Below, in pieces: positions 1-10,500 of a stretch of DNA of 64,000 bases; positions within the stretch are counted from its first letter, which is position 1; each line of letters starts with the position of its first letter. The notes under the pieces were generated by a model. It did no database searches. It had not been told where the DNA came from and saw only the letters and a program-made list of their open reading frames with translations. Source of the stretch: a virus (taxonomy: Duplodnaviria > Caudoviricetes); the IMG/VR virus record IMGVR_UViG_3300027759_000043, one strand, 5' to 3'. The translations under genes and the position numbers were made by a program.

Positions 1-333
1 GGCTGGTTGATCATAAAAGTCTCTGGCACTGGTGGATACCACAACGTCTCTATGCTGTAGCATAGTCCACCAATGCTCAATGGGACTGGCTATGACCATG
101 TCGGCTTCTAGTTTGATAGTTTGTCTATAAGGGCTGGCTGCGAAGCATTGCCAATCATTGGCAAAGCCACCTTGATCACCATTGGGCAACATTTCTCTGG
201 TGAGTATGGTTATGTTGACCTCAGGGTGCCACTGCCGTATGCTGTCAGCCAACTGCTCGGCACAGACCACATAATCTGTATCTTCAGTATTGACGGCAGG
301 TATTAGATAGCCACGTTCAGCAAGAATTGGCAA
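1..333 (-). CDS. Glycosyltransferase-like protein, N-terminal part (runs off the left edge); paralog of 317..1123
   Basis: Not in the ORF track. My translation from TTG at 333 is open to position 1: MPILAERGYLIPAVNTEDTDYVVCAEQLADSIRQWHPEVNITIL...SPYRQTIKLEADMVI...WWTMLQHRDVVVST. It has the same layout as the neighbour (G-x-L-I..DY...TPWDQTLVLDADY), with ExD in place of DxD. Confidence 0.75.
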   Translation of the reverse strand, partial: MPILAERGYLIPAVNTEDTDYVVCAEQLADSIRQWHPEVNITILTREMLPNGDQGGFANDWQCFAASPYRQTIKLEADMVIASPIEHWWTMLQHRDVVVSTSARDFYDQPA

Positions 334-1123
334 TGATATCTCCTAAATGTTTTTTGCCCATGGCATGAAAAGATGTGCCAGCCCATGCTATCTTTTTTGG
401 GCGTTTGTTGTCTAGATATTCAATTTGAAAAAAGTCTTCATCTAGTTGTGTAAGTTTGTGTTCGGGCATGACGCTGGCCATTCTGAATGGTATGTTGTCT
501 ACTTTTAGTGTGTGTCCACTCACAATACCTAGAGCGATACTGAGAGCATAGTCATTGCGATAGGTAGAGCCTGGAATATGATATAAGTCCTTGTAGTGGC
601 GCCAGTTTGCACGTATCATGCCCATGCAATCAAAAATGTATTGTGCTGTGTTTGATTTGCGGAACATCATGACTGTGGCCCACCACATGGGCATGCGATT
701 GTGCCCAAAATAGTTGAGCCCGTCAAAGTCATTCATGCTGGTCATGTCCCAGGCCAATCTGTGACACATAAAATCTTGCGGACTGTTGATTACCATTTGT
801 AATTCTTTACTGCACACTACATAGTCAGCGTCTAGTACTAAAGTTTGATCCCAAGGCGTAAGTCGATATGAATCAGTTCTACTTGCGTTGTGCCAAGACA
901 CAGTCGCTTGATAATCCGCAAACCAACGTTTTCCACCGGAAACTGGCGTTGCATTAATGATTTGATCTGCGGCAGCCAGGCGTCGATCTGTTGGACTTGC
1001 GTCGGTGACGATGGCCACTGGAATGTTGAGGTGCCTATGAATTCTGTTAGCACTCCATCCAGCCATAGCAACGTAGTCGGTTTGTTCATTGTCAAACGCA
1101 AATATCAATGCGCCCGTGGTCAT
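317..1123 (-). CDS. GT-A fold nucleotide-diphospho-sugar transferase-like protein
   Basis: 268 aa. TLVLDADY DxD motif, WATVMMFRKS strand, YRNDYALSIA motif and C-terminal FHAMGK, a GT8-like arrangement. Confidence 0.65.
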   Translation of the reverse strand: MTTGALIFAFDNEQTDYVAMAGWSANRIHRHLNIPVAIVTDASPTDRRLAAADQIINATPVSGGKRWFADYQATVSWHNASRTDSYRLTPWDQTLVLDADYVVCSKELQMVINSPQDFMCHRLAWDMTSMNDFDGLNYFGHNRMPMWWATVMMFRKSNTAQYIFDCMGMIRANWRHYKDLYHIPGSTYRNDYALSIALGIVSGHTLKVDNIPFRMASVMPEHKLTQLDEDFFQIEYLDNKRPKKIAWAGTSFHAMGKKHLGDIIANSC

Positions 1124-1428
1124 CTTTTTCGACTTTGTTCTTCATATTCTACCAGCCAGGCATTCATTTGTTCTTGCCAATGGCCATGTGATTTTGCAAA
1201 CAGTTCGGGAACATTTACACGTACAGGGGTTTCGTATAGATCTAGTAGCACAACATCCTTATCTTGAGCACAACTGAGCAAGGTACATTGTAATTCAGGT
1301 CCGGCTCGCCACATGCCTCCAGCATGAGCAAACAACATTCGAGCCTCATACTTTTCTTTCAACACACGTCGTGCGGCCACATGATCAAAACGTGCTCGTG
1401 CATGAGCAATTAATGTGTCGGTATTCAT
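1120..1428 (-). CDS. Hypothetical protein (102 aa)
   Basis: Clean ORF whose stop overlaps the next start (ATGA), preceded by a sigma70-like promoter. Confidence 0.75.
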   Translation of the reverse strand: MNTDTLIAHARARFDHVAARRVLKEKYEARMLFAHAGGMWRAGPELQCTLLSCAQDKDVVLLDLYETPVRVNVPELFAKSHGHWQEQMNAWLVEYEEQSRKR

Positions 1429-1434
1429 TGTAGT

Positions 1435-1463
1435 ATTATAAAAGAAAAAAGGGCAAAAGTCTA
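1435..1463 (-). promoter_or_regulatory. Sigma70-like promoter TAGACT-N17-TATAAT
   Basis: Minus strand: TAGACT at 1463-1458, 17-nt spacer, TATAAT at 1440-1435, 6 nt before the ATG at 1428. Confidence 0.55.
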
Positions 1464-1474
1464 CCTTTTGCCCT
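1441..1474 (-). terminator. Rho-independent terminator ending the tail/fibre operon
   Basis: 10-bp stem AGGGCAAAAG/CTTTTGCCCT (1450-1459 with 1465-1474), 5-nt loop, T-tract on the minus strand. Confidence 0.85.
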
Positions 1475-1489
1475 GTTTGGGTTTGCCAA

Positions 1490-2482
1490 TTAGGCTACGC
1501 TGGCAGCAATTGTGGGTGTTCCCCACGAATTACTCAAAGTGGCCGAACTTGGTGGAAGATATGTGACCAAAGTTGTGGGTGCTGTGCCTGAGATTGTGGT
1601 TGATGGACTGGCAGTTGCTGTACCTCCCGAAATATCAGCAGTAGTACCTGCACCTGATGATCCATCGCTGACCCAGGTTGTGACCAAGGTCAACACTGTG
1701 GAACTTGTGGCTGTGGCAGTGGTACGAATGTATTCGCCTGAATATGGACTAGTGGCATTGTTCAATTGGAATATGGTAGCGGGTGATGCTGTTAGATTGT
1801 ACCAACCTGTTGTGGTAGCGAGAGTGGTTTGTGTACCACCTGTGCCACTGAGTCTGGTGGTTCCGGTGTAGGCTTGGGCGGCAATTGTGTTGGTAGTGTT
1901 GTTAATACGACCAGTAAGGTTGATTGTGCCGCACTGTCCAGCAAATGTGTTCCATTCAGGATCATTGTCAGTGCCTGTGGAACTCTTGCCGTATTTTAAA
2001 CGTACAATACCGCCCGCGTTCCAGAAATAACGTGCTTGGTTGGCTGACGGGAATGTCACAGTGTGTGTGAATGTGATAGACCAAGCGGCTTGTCCTGACC
2101 CAGTGGCAGTGGTTTTGCTTGTGGTGCCTGTAAATGTTCCGTACTCAGTACCAGAGGCAGCCGCATTGCCGCGATTGGTTGTTACACTAGTAATATCTGT
2201 TTGTACATTGGCCAAGATGGCAACAATGTTTCCTGTGACAGGTGCTGTTCTTGAAGTGAGAGTTGTGCCAGTTTGAGTACCAGATGTGGCCAAGTTATTG
2301 ACCAAAGTAGCCCAGTTTGTGGCTGTAACAATTCCGCTTGCAGCCACTGTGGCAATGTCGGTTTGTCCCCACCCTGCATCACCCGATCCTGTACTCCAAA
2401 CACGATTTAATCCTGCTGTGGTGTTACCTGCAAACGTGTTGTAGTCTGCGGCTAATATTTGTGATCCTACGGTATAAGTCAT
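1490..2482 (-). CDS. Virion structural protein, short fibre-like (T/G/A/S-rich)
   Basis: 330 aa, strongly Thr/Gly/Ser/Ala-biased, last gene of the structural operon. Confidence 0.65.
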   Translation of the reverse strand: MTYTVGSQILAADYNTFAGNTTAGLNRVWSTGSGDAGWGQTDIATVAASGIVTATNWATLVNNLATSGTQTGTTLTSRTAPVTGNIVAILANVQTDITSVTTNRGNAAASGTEYGTFTGTTSKTTATGSGQAAWSITFTHTVTFPSANQARYFWNAGGIVRLKYGKSSTGTDNDPEWNTFAGQCGTINLTGRINNTTNTIAAQAYTGTTRLSGTGGTQTTLATTTGWYNLTASPATIFQLNNATSPYSGEYIRTTATATSSTVLTLVTTWVSDGSSGAGTTADISGGTATASPSTTISGTAPTTLVTYLPPSSATLSNSWGTPTIAASVA

Positions 2483-2494
2483 TGCTGTTTCCTG

Positions 2495-3697
2495 TTATTT
2501 AATTGTGACAATGGCTTCTACTGTGCCAAGTCCTGTGTCTAATTTATCTGTCAATGCACGACCGATAACATTAAACGCATTTGCTTCTTCGGGTTGAGCA
2601 GATCGGGCAATGCCGTCGCCTGCCGAAATCAATCTATCGCCTTTGCGTACTGCACCTGTTACACGAACAGGCACACGACCTGTCATGGCCACTGGAGGGT
2701 GTGTGTCGTTTTCACCCGCACCACCGTTCATGGTAAATGCAGGTCTAGTAGAAATTACACCAAACACATTGTTGCTGGCGTCTGTCCGGACCATGGTGAT
2801 TTCGGCTGAGCCACCTAGTTCAACTACTGTACCTGGTGTGTAGATTTCGTCTGCGGCAAAGCGTTCTGCAACGTCGGCGTAAAGTGCTGTGGTTGCCGTG
2901 GCAAAAATTGTGTTGAAGTAACTGCCCGATGATCCAATATTACCAATTGCATTACCTGCACCGTTGATGATACCAGTAGCGGCACCACTGGTGTTCACTG
3001 TGATTGTGCCTGAGCAAGCGGTATTGGCATCACTACGCATGAATTGACTACTGGTTAAACTATTCAAAGCCAATGAATTTGTTGAGTTGCCCCAAACAGC
3101 GTTATTAGCAATACTAGTGCCCAAGGTGAGACCAGGGTTGACTGCTTGTACACCCCACCCACCAGCAACAGCCGAACCAGGAGTAAATGTTTGGTCCTTG
3201 CTGATGATGCCAACAATGCTGTTGTTGGCATATAATTCAATTACAAAATGTGATGTTGCTGTGTTGTCTACAATTGTGGCAACAATAGCACCTGTTGTGC
3301 CTGTGCCCGGAGTATACGCAGGACCTACTACGATAAAGGCTGTGCCCGTGTAAACATTCAACTGTTGATTGACTGTGTCATACCACAAATCGCCAGCAAC
3401 GTTTGATGTTGGAGCAGAAGAACTGGCTGCGGCGCCGCCAATGGTCTTGAATGTGCTACCGTTGTACACCTGCATTGTGCCCGAAGTTTGGTTCCACCAA
3501 AGTTGCCCAGTTAGCGGTGCGCCAGGTGCTGTGGTATTAGAACCATTCTCCAATAGACGAATAAAGTTGTCGTCTAGGAATTGTCCGTAACCGGCCCAGT
3601 TTTTACCCACCAGGGTCATGCTGGAATCAGTGTTGATGGTGCCATCTGCTATGGTAGCAAAAATCGCGCCATCAGTTAGTGTAATTGTATATGACAT
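2495..3697 (-). CDS. Tail fibre/spike protein with C-terminal intramolecular-chaperone autocleavage (peptidase G2-like) domain
   Basis: 400 aa. N-terminal LVGKNWAGYG...LLENG...P..GQLWW virion module; C-terminal YADVAERF...GTVVELGG...GVIST.P...PVAMTGRVPVRV.G.V.KGDRL pattern. Confidence 0.65.
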   Translation of the reverse strand: MSYTITLTDGAIFATIADGTINTDSSMTLVGKNWAGYGQFLDDNFIRLLENGSNTTAPGAPLTGQLWWNQTSGTMQVYNGSTFKTIGGAAASSSAPTSNVAGDLWYDTVNQQLNVYTGTAFIVVGPAYTPGTGTTGAIVATIVDNTATSHFVIELYANNSIVGIISKDQTFTPGSAVAGGWGVQAVNPGLTLGTSIANNAVWGNSTNSLALNSLTSSQFMRSDANTACSGTITVNTSGAATGIINGAGNAIGNIGSSGSYFNTIFATATTALYADVAERFAADEIYTPGTVVELGGSAEITMVRTDASNNVFGVISTRPAFTMNGGAGENDTHPPVAMTGRVPVRVTGAVRKGDRLISAGDGIARSAQPEEANAFNVIGRALTDKLDTGLGTVEAIVTIK

Positions 3698-3721
3698 GTG
3701 TTACTCCGAATGCTCTATCTC

Positions 3722-3728
3722 TATTTAT
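3722..3728 (-). promoter_or_regulatory. Late promoter motif ATAAATA
   Basis: 24 nt upstream of the 2495..3697 start; matches the recurring NTAAATA motif. Confidence 0.6.
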
Positions 3729-4339
3729 GCTGTGCTTAGGTTGGTCAGGGTCTGTATACGCACAGTATAATCAATCTGTATCTGACGATTTAATGATTTT
3801 TGTACAGGGTGAAAAATCACGTGGGTCAGCAGTCTGTCAGCAGTTGTGCCTGTCCAGGCTTTTAAGCCCAGTTCATCAAACACATATTCACCGTTAAAAT
3901 TGGTACTATTGTCAAATGCTTGTTGCCCAGGTGGTTCACCGTAATCCAGCAAACAACTGACCAAAATATCAGTATAAACCTTGCCTGACGTATGCAATAC
4001 TGACATATAGTTGTTAGTGGGGTCTGTATCGGCTGCTGAGTTGTCATCAACCACTTTGGCGTAGGTTTCATTGTAGAGATCGGCATTGATACCTGTGGTA
4101 TTTGGGGGCAAGTATGTGATAATACCTGTGGGATCCACACTGGATCCACCGTTGCCAAATGCCATGGTGTAAATCCATCCGCCGCCTTGTGCGCTGGTTC
4201 TATTGCTGAGAGTTTCAGCAAGGCTGATGCTCATATTTTCGTAATGAATAGCGTTCTTTTTGTCCACAAAAATTTCGCCGTTGTTGGGGTCAAATATTTT
4301 GACAAATCCTTCAATTTTTACCATGCCCGGAGAAATCAT
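3725..4339 (-). CDS. Conserved virion structural protein (baseplate/neck-associated, beta-rich)
   Basis: 204 aa with GFVKIFDP..GEIFVDKKNAIHYEN, FDELGL and HVIFHPVQKSLNR motifs; lies in the structural operon. Confidence 0.6.
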   Translation of the reverse strand: MISPGMVKIEGFVKIFDPNNGEIFVDKKNAIHYENMSISLAETLSNRTSAQGGGWIYTMAFGNGGSSVDPTGIITYLPPNTTGINADLYNETYAKVVDDNSAADTDPTNNYMSVLHTSGKVYTDILVSCLLDYGEPPGQQAFDNSTNFNGEYVFDELGLKAWTGTTADRLLTHVIFHPVQKSLNRQIQIDYTVRIQTLTNLSTA

Positions 4340-4482
4340 GCTCTAGTCTCCACAAAAGTTTCTTTAGTTTTTGGATCAAAAATCTTTACAAAACCTGTAA
4401 CCGAAATTGATCCCTGTTCGTTAGGGCGTTTTGGCTGTGAGTTTGTCTCTTGTTTGACAGGTTGTTGATTATTTTGCATCAT
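4336..4482 (-). CDS. 48-aa microprotein (below the ORF-track cutoff)
   Basis: MMQNNQQPVKQETNSQPKRPNEQGSISVTGFVKIFDPKTKETFVETRA. GTAAATA motif 4 nt upstream of the ATG; its TGA overlaps the ATG of 3725..4339. Confidence 0.7.
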   Translation of the reverse strand: MMQNNQQPVKQETNSQPKRPNEQGSISVTGFVKIFDPKTKETFVETRA

Positions 4483-4486
4483 GTTT

Positions 4487-4493
4487 TATTTAC
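4487..4493 (-). promoter_or_regulatory. Late promoter motif GTAAATA
   Basis: Immediately upstream of the 48-aa microprotein. Confidence 0.6.
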
Positions 4494-4501
4494 CTTGTTC
4501 T

Positions 4502-7500
4502 TTAGCCTCTAAAAAACTGTGCCGCCAAAGTGGTACTATCTTGTAAAGGTGTACCAGTGGTTTCGTACACACCGGGGCCGTACCAACCCAATCCTTGACG
4601 AACTTGAATTGTTACTTGATAGCCTGCTGTGGGTGCTGTGTCAAATTCTACAGTTACAGGATTGTCGCCGGTTACTGAGTATCCGCTGGTTTGTTTGATT
4701 CCGCCCACATACACCAAAATAGCCTGTTCATCAAAAGTTGAGTCTTCTAGACTTAGGTTAACATCTGCTGTGAAGATTGTGGTTGTTCCATCTGCTAGAG
4801 TATTAGAACCCAAGTAGTGATCTTGATATATCACAGGCGCTAAATTATCTCGATTTAGATTATAAACAGTCGCACCCACGCTGTGTAACGCAACTGCTGT
4901 GCCGGCTGTGCCTCGCAGGAGACTGCTCACTGTATTTGTCAAAAGATTGCGTTCACGATACATGATACGCTCACCATTCACTGTTAACACACCCCAGATG
5001 TTGTTGGCTAGATCAGGTTCTGCAAGTGCGCCAGCATCATCCACATATGCAATGTCATTGTCAGGATACAATGTTTGAATCAATGTGGTGGTAGTTGCTG
5101 GAGTCATTCTGTAAGTGGCTTGTACCCCGCGCATGTCTTGGAAAATACGCAATTCCAGCCCAGTGACTGGATCAACTTCAAGTATTACAATCACAGCACC
5201 TGCGGCTGGTGCAGTGTTGAATGTGACTTCTGCAACGGTACTGTCACCTGGATCAACTGTGTATTCGTTAGGAGAAATTACAACATTGTTGACTGCCACT
5301 TCAACGTCTAACGATGCTGTGGGCGCATAGTACGGTCCGGTAGTGCTACCATCTCCGTAAGAGATATTAATTTGACGAGTGTACACACGGAAGTCCATGG
5401 TATCAAATACCGATGCTGGTACCAGTTCTTCAGGTGCATGACTTTCGTAAGGGCCCACAAACTCACCACCCACAACATTGATATCGGTTGCTCTGGTTCC
5501 CAAATAGATATCAAGGAACGAACTTTCGTAAGCGGCATCAAGTATGGCAGGATCGTATGTGGGTTCACCTTCTGGGCCATAACTGATGTTGTCAAACGGA
5601 TTGATGTCAAAGTTGCCCACATCAAATCCTGTGTTTTGTGAGAATGTGGGTGCAGTAACTTGTACGCCCGGATAGTCGACTCCATCGATCAGCAATGGTA
5701 AGTCTAGTCCAGGTTCATTTGGTCCAGGCACATAATACCCCATGGTACGATCAACCCCGCTCAGGGAACTGGCTGGTACCAGAGTCCAATTGTCAGGATC
5801 AAATGTAGCACTTGATACTGTTGCATCTGCTGACCACACACGATTATCATAACGCACCAGTGTACCGGTAGGGTAACTGACATTGGCTGTCCAAGGCACA
5901 ATAGTAGTTGCATACTGATATCGATCGTACTTGATGGTGGTGTTGATGCTACGAACCAAGTTGTTGCCCATTACAGCAACAATTCTGCCACCTGTTCCGT
6001 TGCCACCAGAAACTGTGATTATGGCTGTGGTGATATAGCCTGATCCAGGATCTGTAACAACTACTTGGCTGATATTTCCTGCACTATTGACCACTGCTGT
6101 CATTGTGGCTTGAGTGACACAATCACCTGTTACTATCAGTTGCGGTGCCACAGTATATCCCGAACCGCCGTCAGCAATGACCACATCTTGTATGCTGAGA
6201 GCGTAGTTGTCGAACCAAAAACTATAGGGCTGTGTTTGCCACAACGAACTGTCAGGGGCAACGTCGCTATAGGTACTAGGATGTCCAGTGCCTGTTGCAG
6301 TACTCAAAGTGTAAGGAGTCAAAATTGGACTCATGTACTGATTGGGCACTTGTGTGGTGTTATAAAACGCAGGTAAATCAAAGTCGGCTACACTGCCTTG
6401 ATATACATCAAGGCCGTTATAGATCAAATTGAATTCACGTATCTGCACGTGATATGGTTTGACTTCCTGGATATAATTCAACACAAAGTCTTGATTGTCT
6501 CGCTGATATGTTTGATACGGCACCAACTGTCTAATTTTATGATCAACATCAATCAAACTGGTCTTGGTCAACCATTCAGGTGCTTCAAACTCGCTTAATA
6601 TAAAGTTAAACATCAAGATCAATGCACGATTGCGTTCAATCAACAAGTCGCCAATCAGCAATTGCTCGTTGATTGCTTGTATGATCTTGCGTGTTTCAAT
6701 CACAGGCTCTTGATCAAAGTATTGTGCGTCAAACACTTCAACGTCAAATCCAAATCGTCCCAGTGCATAGTCCCAAAGTTCTGCCCGGAACTGGATAGTT
6801 CCGTCTTGCAGTCCCACACGATCCCAGCCAGTATCTGTTCTAAGATAAATTTCAAATTTGCCTTGGCTGTTGGCAGTGACTTTTACACTACTGCCCACAG
6901 GTGCCGCTGCCAAACTCAGTGTGTCTAATGTGGCCACATTGGCCACTTCGGCAATGATCTTGACACTGGAGTTATATCCTGGCAAGTACCAAGTAACATA
7001 GTTCCAATAGTTTCTAGTATCATAGTTTTGCACACGGCTCAAGAACAATGTGGCAAAAGTCTTGGCTGCGGTAACTGTATAAATGGTCCATGCACCGTTT
7101 TGAGTACTGTCACTTACCACAAGATATTTGTATCCTACTGGTACCTGGGCAAGATTTTGATAACTTAGTTCTTCGATGTTGGCCACACGTTTATTCCAAG
7201 CACCTGTGCCTGCTTGCGGTTCTGCTTCACTGCTGTTCAATAAACTGAAGTTTCTGGTTTCAGATATAGGGTACTGCAACAACACTGCGTTGACATATTC
7301 TAAATAATTTTGCAAAGCCGTGAATCTGTCGGCAAACATGCTTTGCCGTGGGCGGAATAGCACGCCGTACCGTTGTGCCGGGCTCAGATTAGGATCCGGC
7401 ACAAGAGCACCTTGTACATTTACCCCACAGAAACTGTCTTGTAATTTTTGATACAAGTTATCAGGTAAAAAGCCATCAGCACGATCTTGTGGCAATAAAT

Positions 7501-10500
7501 CATACTGTACGTGAACATTGTCATCAGTCAGTTGTCGATCAAATTCAATACTGAGCACAGTATCTTGGGCACTGATTTGATCCACAGCATTATAGATTGC
7601 GGTAGCACTGGGACTTACAAATGCCACATAAGGAATACCACTGCTACGGGGATCAGCAATATATCTTGCAATGCCAGATGGGCTGAGAGTTTTACCTATT
7701 GCAGTATTGATTGTGGTAATGTTTTTTACCCAGAAATAATAGGTAGTTCCAAATACGCCTGTGACATTTAGTCCAGTGGTCACACAGTAATTGATTGTGT
7801 TTCTAGGTATTCCAGGGCCTGTGTAGTTGGCTGGCGGCACTGAACTAGCAATCCACTGGTATACATCAATGCTACTGCCCGGGAATATTTGTCCCCATCT
7901 ACGTGCGGCATACACAATGTCGTCTTGATTGGGATCAATAAATCTTACTGAATTAGTATCCCACCAAATTTGTCCTTCATGCGTTGCGGCCCAGATTCGA
8001 CCGTTGTTGTTTTTTGCGCCCACGTTGTAGGCAGCAGGATCAACTGCACCAATATAGTCAATGTTTTGTCGAGCCGCGCCCAAGATCTTGCCCTGCAATG
8101 GATCAATGAAATCAAAGAAAGTGGTCTTGGCACTGGTGATTCGATCGTATGCAAATACACCATTGATTAATCCAACATCTACCACTGGCTGCTGTAGATT
8201 GGTCACTTTCCATGATGGGGAAAGATCGGGGTTGTTGAAAATAGACACTGCGCCGTAGTTGCGGGCAATCAATGTACTATCTCCAAGATCATCGCCTGGG
8301 CTACCAGCCAATAATATACCATTGGTATAGTCAACTGCTGTGCCGTATTGATCTAGTTCAGTCACTGTTTGATCATAAACTTGTTGGCCAAATGCAAACT
8401 TGCCAGGATTTGTTACAGAACTATCTGTACTGGCAAAGTAGTTGTATGTGTATACTGCACCACTCTGTATCAATGGTCCATTAAATATTGTGGTTTTGCT
8501 GTCAAAATATGTGAGTCCACCATCAAATGTTGTGGGGCGATATAAGTTACCACGCGGTGCACCTACTGTGAGTGTGAGCGCACTGGTGTCAATGTTGACC
8601 GCGCTACCAAACCCTGCATAGGCCACCGAATAAGGACTAGAAATAGTCTGAGTATATACAAAAGTTTCAAACCCCAGGCTGTCAAAGATGTTGCCAATTA
8701 GGCCAGGAAGCACAGTCAACTTGTTGCCTGGCGCCGCGGCGTCTGTATTCTTGACGCTGACAGTGAGTAGTCCAAACGTTTGTGTGCCGGGGACATCACC
8801 TGCACGAGCAATCACATTAGGAACTGTGCTGTTGTCAATGTCTTGAGCCAATACTGCGGCCCAACTGCTAGGCTGCCAGTACGTGGTGTCGCTTAATGCT
8901 GTGCCAACAGGAACAGATTTAATAGCAATCCAGAGACCTTGATTGTATTCAACTATAGTACCGATTGTATAGGTCAGCGCACTGTTCCACGCAGTTGGTG
9001 TACTTAACGCCACTTCCATGTTGTTGATTCTAATTGTATTGCCAGGATTCAGTCTGGCATTCACAGTTGATGTTGTTATTCCGTACACGCGACTTTGATT
9101 TACTTGACGCTCCACTGAGCCTGCTTCGGGCAACACGCTGCCATCTTGAGGTGCTCCTGTGTACAAACTGCAATTGTTGATACAGAGATCAACTGCTTGA
9201 CCAAAGTTTGCACTCTGGAATGGCACGTTAGATCCAACCACTTGAATCAGACTAAAGGTGTTTACGTCAATCTCTAATATGTCTCCTACTGCGGCAGGAA
9301 CAGTTAAAGTAATTTCATTGGTGCCGGTCACTGTGTAATCTCCCGAAGCATTACCAGCGGTATTGGTCAAGAATTGATTTTTTAACATTACCGAAGTTGG
9401 AGATACCAAAGAGGTATCAACTTGATATACTGTTTGAGTGGCATCTGTCACAATAAATCTCTGCACAGAACGATCGTATATGTAGACTGCGCCTGCATCA
9501 GCGACTGAGTCGTATGTGTCGTTGGGACAACCAATCATGATCTGTCTGCCATCAGTAGAGCAACTGATTGATTGACCAAATCTTTCGCCGCCAGAGAGTC
9601 CGGCTGGAGTTAATGTTTCGACGTAGTCATAATAACTTTGTGCTGATACATCAATTGTACCAGTTGGTATGTGTCCAGAATCAAATGTTATATTTCTAGT
9701 GCTGTTGCTGAATGTATAATCAATATTGGGTCTTTGGATTATGCCATTCACTTCCACTTTGAAACTGTAAATGTTGGTGGCGCTGTACAAGTATTCGTTT
9801 AACGAGAAAGTTTGTGTGACTCCATTACCAGTAAAAGTTTTAGCAACACGGCGACCAATGCGTAACACAAGATCTTTAACTGGGGTTGAATTTAAAGAAA
9901 CTGTGGTGGCATTTACTGTGTAATCAGTTGTGTAAGTCAATAACTGATCATTGAGTACTACAAACAACTGTTGATACTCGCCAGAATCAATTATGACATC
10001 AAGGTTGTATTGATAGACGCTTTGTACTCCATCAGTAACATATTCCACCAGTTGTGTTGCCACCTCTACTAGTCCATATGCGAGAACCTGATTAACGCCC
10101 GGCGCACCAACATACAACCATTGTTCATCTGGACTAACAACAACGCTGGTGCCAAACTCGCTTCCTGAATCTATGTAGGTAGCATCCGGCACAGTCAACA
10201 GTGTTGACAGCAAGAAAGTAGGACTGTTGGGGAATCTGTAAATTGTAGCCACGTATCCAGAGTTTGCACTAGAGTCTGAACCAATACTGGTTGGAGCACC
10301 CACTGCTCCCCAGGTTTGATCGCCAATGCTGACCGAAGATCCAAATCCATATGCGCCAGGATTGTTGCATTGAATAATACTGTTCTGAGTAAACGGATTA
10401 CCCGATGTTCTTACATAGGTGTAAAGTGCGCCTGATTGTGTGTCTCCATACCCAGGAGCGCCTACAAACGCAAATGCATTGTCTCGAGCCTGCGCAACGC

